Assembly: GCA_040954595.2 (NCBI GenBank)
Contig: CM082591.2
Location: forward strand, 8,596,380-8,660,379
DNA: 64,000 nucleotides
Direction: 5' to 3'
Source of the DNA: Balanoglossus misakiensis
Taxonomy: Eukaryota; Animalia; Hemichordata
How positions within the stretch are numbered: position 1 is the first letter of the stretch; each line of letters begins with the position of its first letter. Below the pieces are notes generated by a model. The model saw only the letters and a list, made by a program, of their open reading frames with translations. It was not told the DNA's origin and searched no databases. Both the position numbers and the translations under genes were made by a program. Below, one piece after another: positions 57,101 through 60,100 of the stretch.

Positions 57101-60100
57101 GATTCACACAAATTGCCAAACTTTTCTTTCTTCATTGTATCCATTTATAATGGTAGTGCGAGATGTTTATGTTCATTATGCATGCAACAAATATGATATC
57201 ATTGTATATCTTACCAAAATATAGAAATTGCCCTTCACACTTCATTGAGAATTAAATTATATGACAAGCTTATAAGATTCATTTATCAACTGTACCATGT
57301 TTATCATGGTTTATTTTTTTAAACAGACAACAGCTCTTCATTGGGCAGTATCCAAAACCATGAAAACTGTGACGAAGACTTTGCTAAGAGTTGATGGAAT
57401 TGGCATAAATGATGAAGTCACTGGCTTAGCAAAGGTAAGCATGTAACTACACACACCACTCCCAGTACTAGATATGGTAACTTGTTTTTACAGTTCAAAC
57501 TTTTATGCTGACAATTTTCACAATTAAGAAAATACAATTGAAAGAATTCAAAAATATGATAAAATTTCAGTCATATTGACTGTATTGCTCATTTTACATT
57601 TAGCTGATGCTCACCTGAAGGTGAGATTAGTGTGAGTTATTCTTCCAGATGTGTCTCACACTAAAACAGTAAAAGCCATAACATTGTATAATATACACCA
57701 CCCTGAATGATACAGATATATAGTTAACAAAAAAACTTACAATGGTTTTAATTTCGTGTTTAAATTCCCAGGAATATCCTAAAAAAACGACAGTACTCCA
57801 TCTTGTTGCAAGAGAAAACAATATTGTTGCTGTTAATCTGTGTCTACAGATGAATGCTGATTGCCACATGCTTGATGCAGTAAGTGACTTTGAATAGATT
57901 AGTACGAGGACTGATTTGGGGATGGCTGGCGCAATAGGGAGGAGGGTCACAACTTTCATCAAAACAATGATATTAAGAGATCTTTCTTCTGTTAAACAAA
58001 ATAGTACTGATATTATTAATAATTTTTGCCAGCATTTTTGCCTTGTGATAACATCTGGTATTGTCTTTGCATATTATGGCCTTTGACCCATATTCTTACA
58101 CTGGTATGCAAGCATATGTTACAGTACATGCTTGTCATTTGTAAATTCTTCAGGACCCTTGGTGAGTCACGAAAGGCCTTCACAAACTGTTAAAACTGCA
58201 ACACCTTACATTGGTTATTAAAAAAATAATTAATTAATATTCGGTATCAGAATACAATAATGGATTGAGGATGCAGAGTTCCATAACTTCAGGGTTATTG
58301 TACTCCAGTATCCATAGTTTTGACCTTACAGTTATTGGATGTAAATAATAGCGATATCATAAATAAATCTGTCAAAATTGATATAAAAATTATACAGTTG
58401 TGAAGAACTTAATTATTGGTAACAAAAAGTGCGAAATAAGTCAAAATCCTCAGTGGAATTTCAGCCGAAGGAATCTTTGAATGAGCAAGTGTGTTCATTT
58501 CAGACATTCCAGAACAAGCTAAGCAGCGTAGAACATCACATGCGTGACATGAGCAGCTCAGCATTGACCGATGTGCGAGGTCAAAGGCGTGTGTGATATG
58601 CAAATTACTTCAGGGCGTTGTCTGAAAGTTGTTTAGCGGCTAATTTATCCTCTATGGTTCAATAAGAATGTCCAGAAAAGGTGTATAATAATAAGTTTTT
58701 ACACAAAATACCAGGATTTATTTATTGTATGTTGTGAATAACCTTATGATATTTACAATGGCAATATGAAACCAAAAATGTAGCTTACATTAGTCGAGTC
58801 TTGCCCAATTTGCTTAAATATTCATTGCATTGGTGAAAAATATAGCGCTTCTGTTGTCTCATTTATAGAAAACACTTCTAAGAAGAAAGGATAATTGTGT
58901 GAAAAACATTTTCTTCCCATTTTGAAGCTTATGTACAGGTGTAACATTTAAATAAACTTTGTAAAGATGATCCCTGGGTGAGTTTGTTGACTTGAACCTG
59001 GAAGGTTGTGTTTTAAGGATGTACATGTGAACTGTACGTGCAAATGTGTATGCATTTGTGTCTTAATTCCATAGGACTATATTGAGATTAGCTAGAAAAT
59101 TCACTTCTACTATTGATTTTCATGAAATTTTAAAAATTGTCTAGTCAAATAAATATAAATTAGTCAGTAGAATAAAAATGTTTTATCCAATAAACAAGCC
59201 CTTTGAGTGTTTGATGAATATATTTCCTGCTTTTTCAAACTAAGGACGGAAAGAGTGCATTCTACTATGCTGTCCATCACGAACAAACGGAAAATGTGAA
59301 GAGACTTAAGAAGGCCGGTGCTGGTTTTGAAAGTTCACTGCAGGTGTGTACAGAGGAACACTGGTCTGCTCTTCGGGCATTTATTTTGCATGTCATGTTA
59401 GCAGTTTAAGCTACTTTCATCGACAAGTAATTTTTTTAAGCCTTGTGAATTGAAGAGGATATACCCTAACATTTCAATGTGGGCACTTTCACATGTCACT
59501 ATTCAACCGTGCTAACCTCTTTGGTTTGCAATTTTTTCTTTGAATTAGCCTGAGAAATTGGAAGAGATGACAGTCTACTGTGCTGCAGCAATGTATACAA
59601 AAACGCAATATCTGAAAGTGCTATGCGATGCTGGTTATAGTGTGGATGCCACAAACACTGTAAGTTGCATTGGTATATAGTACATAATGTCAAATAATTT
59701 AGTGACATTGTAAAAAAATAGCAGAAACGTAGAATTGCCTTTTGCTTGTTAACTTTTAGAAGGATGTGAAATTTGATTGCAATAAAAGGAAAAGGACTTT
59801 AAAAGTACAAATTATGATATAGCTTTTTTATTTCCACATTGTCTGTAAGGATGGAGAAACTGCCCTACATTTAGCATCAAAAGAAAATGAGAACGAAGCA
59901 ATATCTCTTCTTCTTGATCATGGGGCATTTATTAACACTAAAGACCAAGTAAGTGGATAATGTATTACAGTGCAAATAATAGCACGACACTTGTCATGTC
60001 TATAAATCATGCATCTTTGGTTTGCTAAATAAATGTAGTAGCATCGTCATTACTGATATGTACTTATTGTCCTGAATATTTTGCCATACATATACACATT

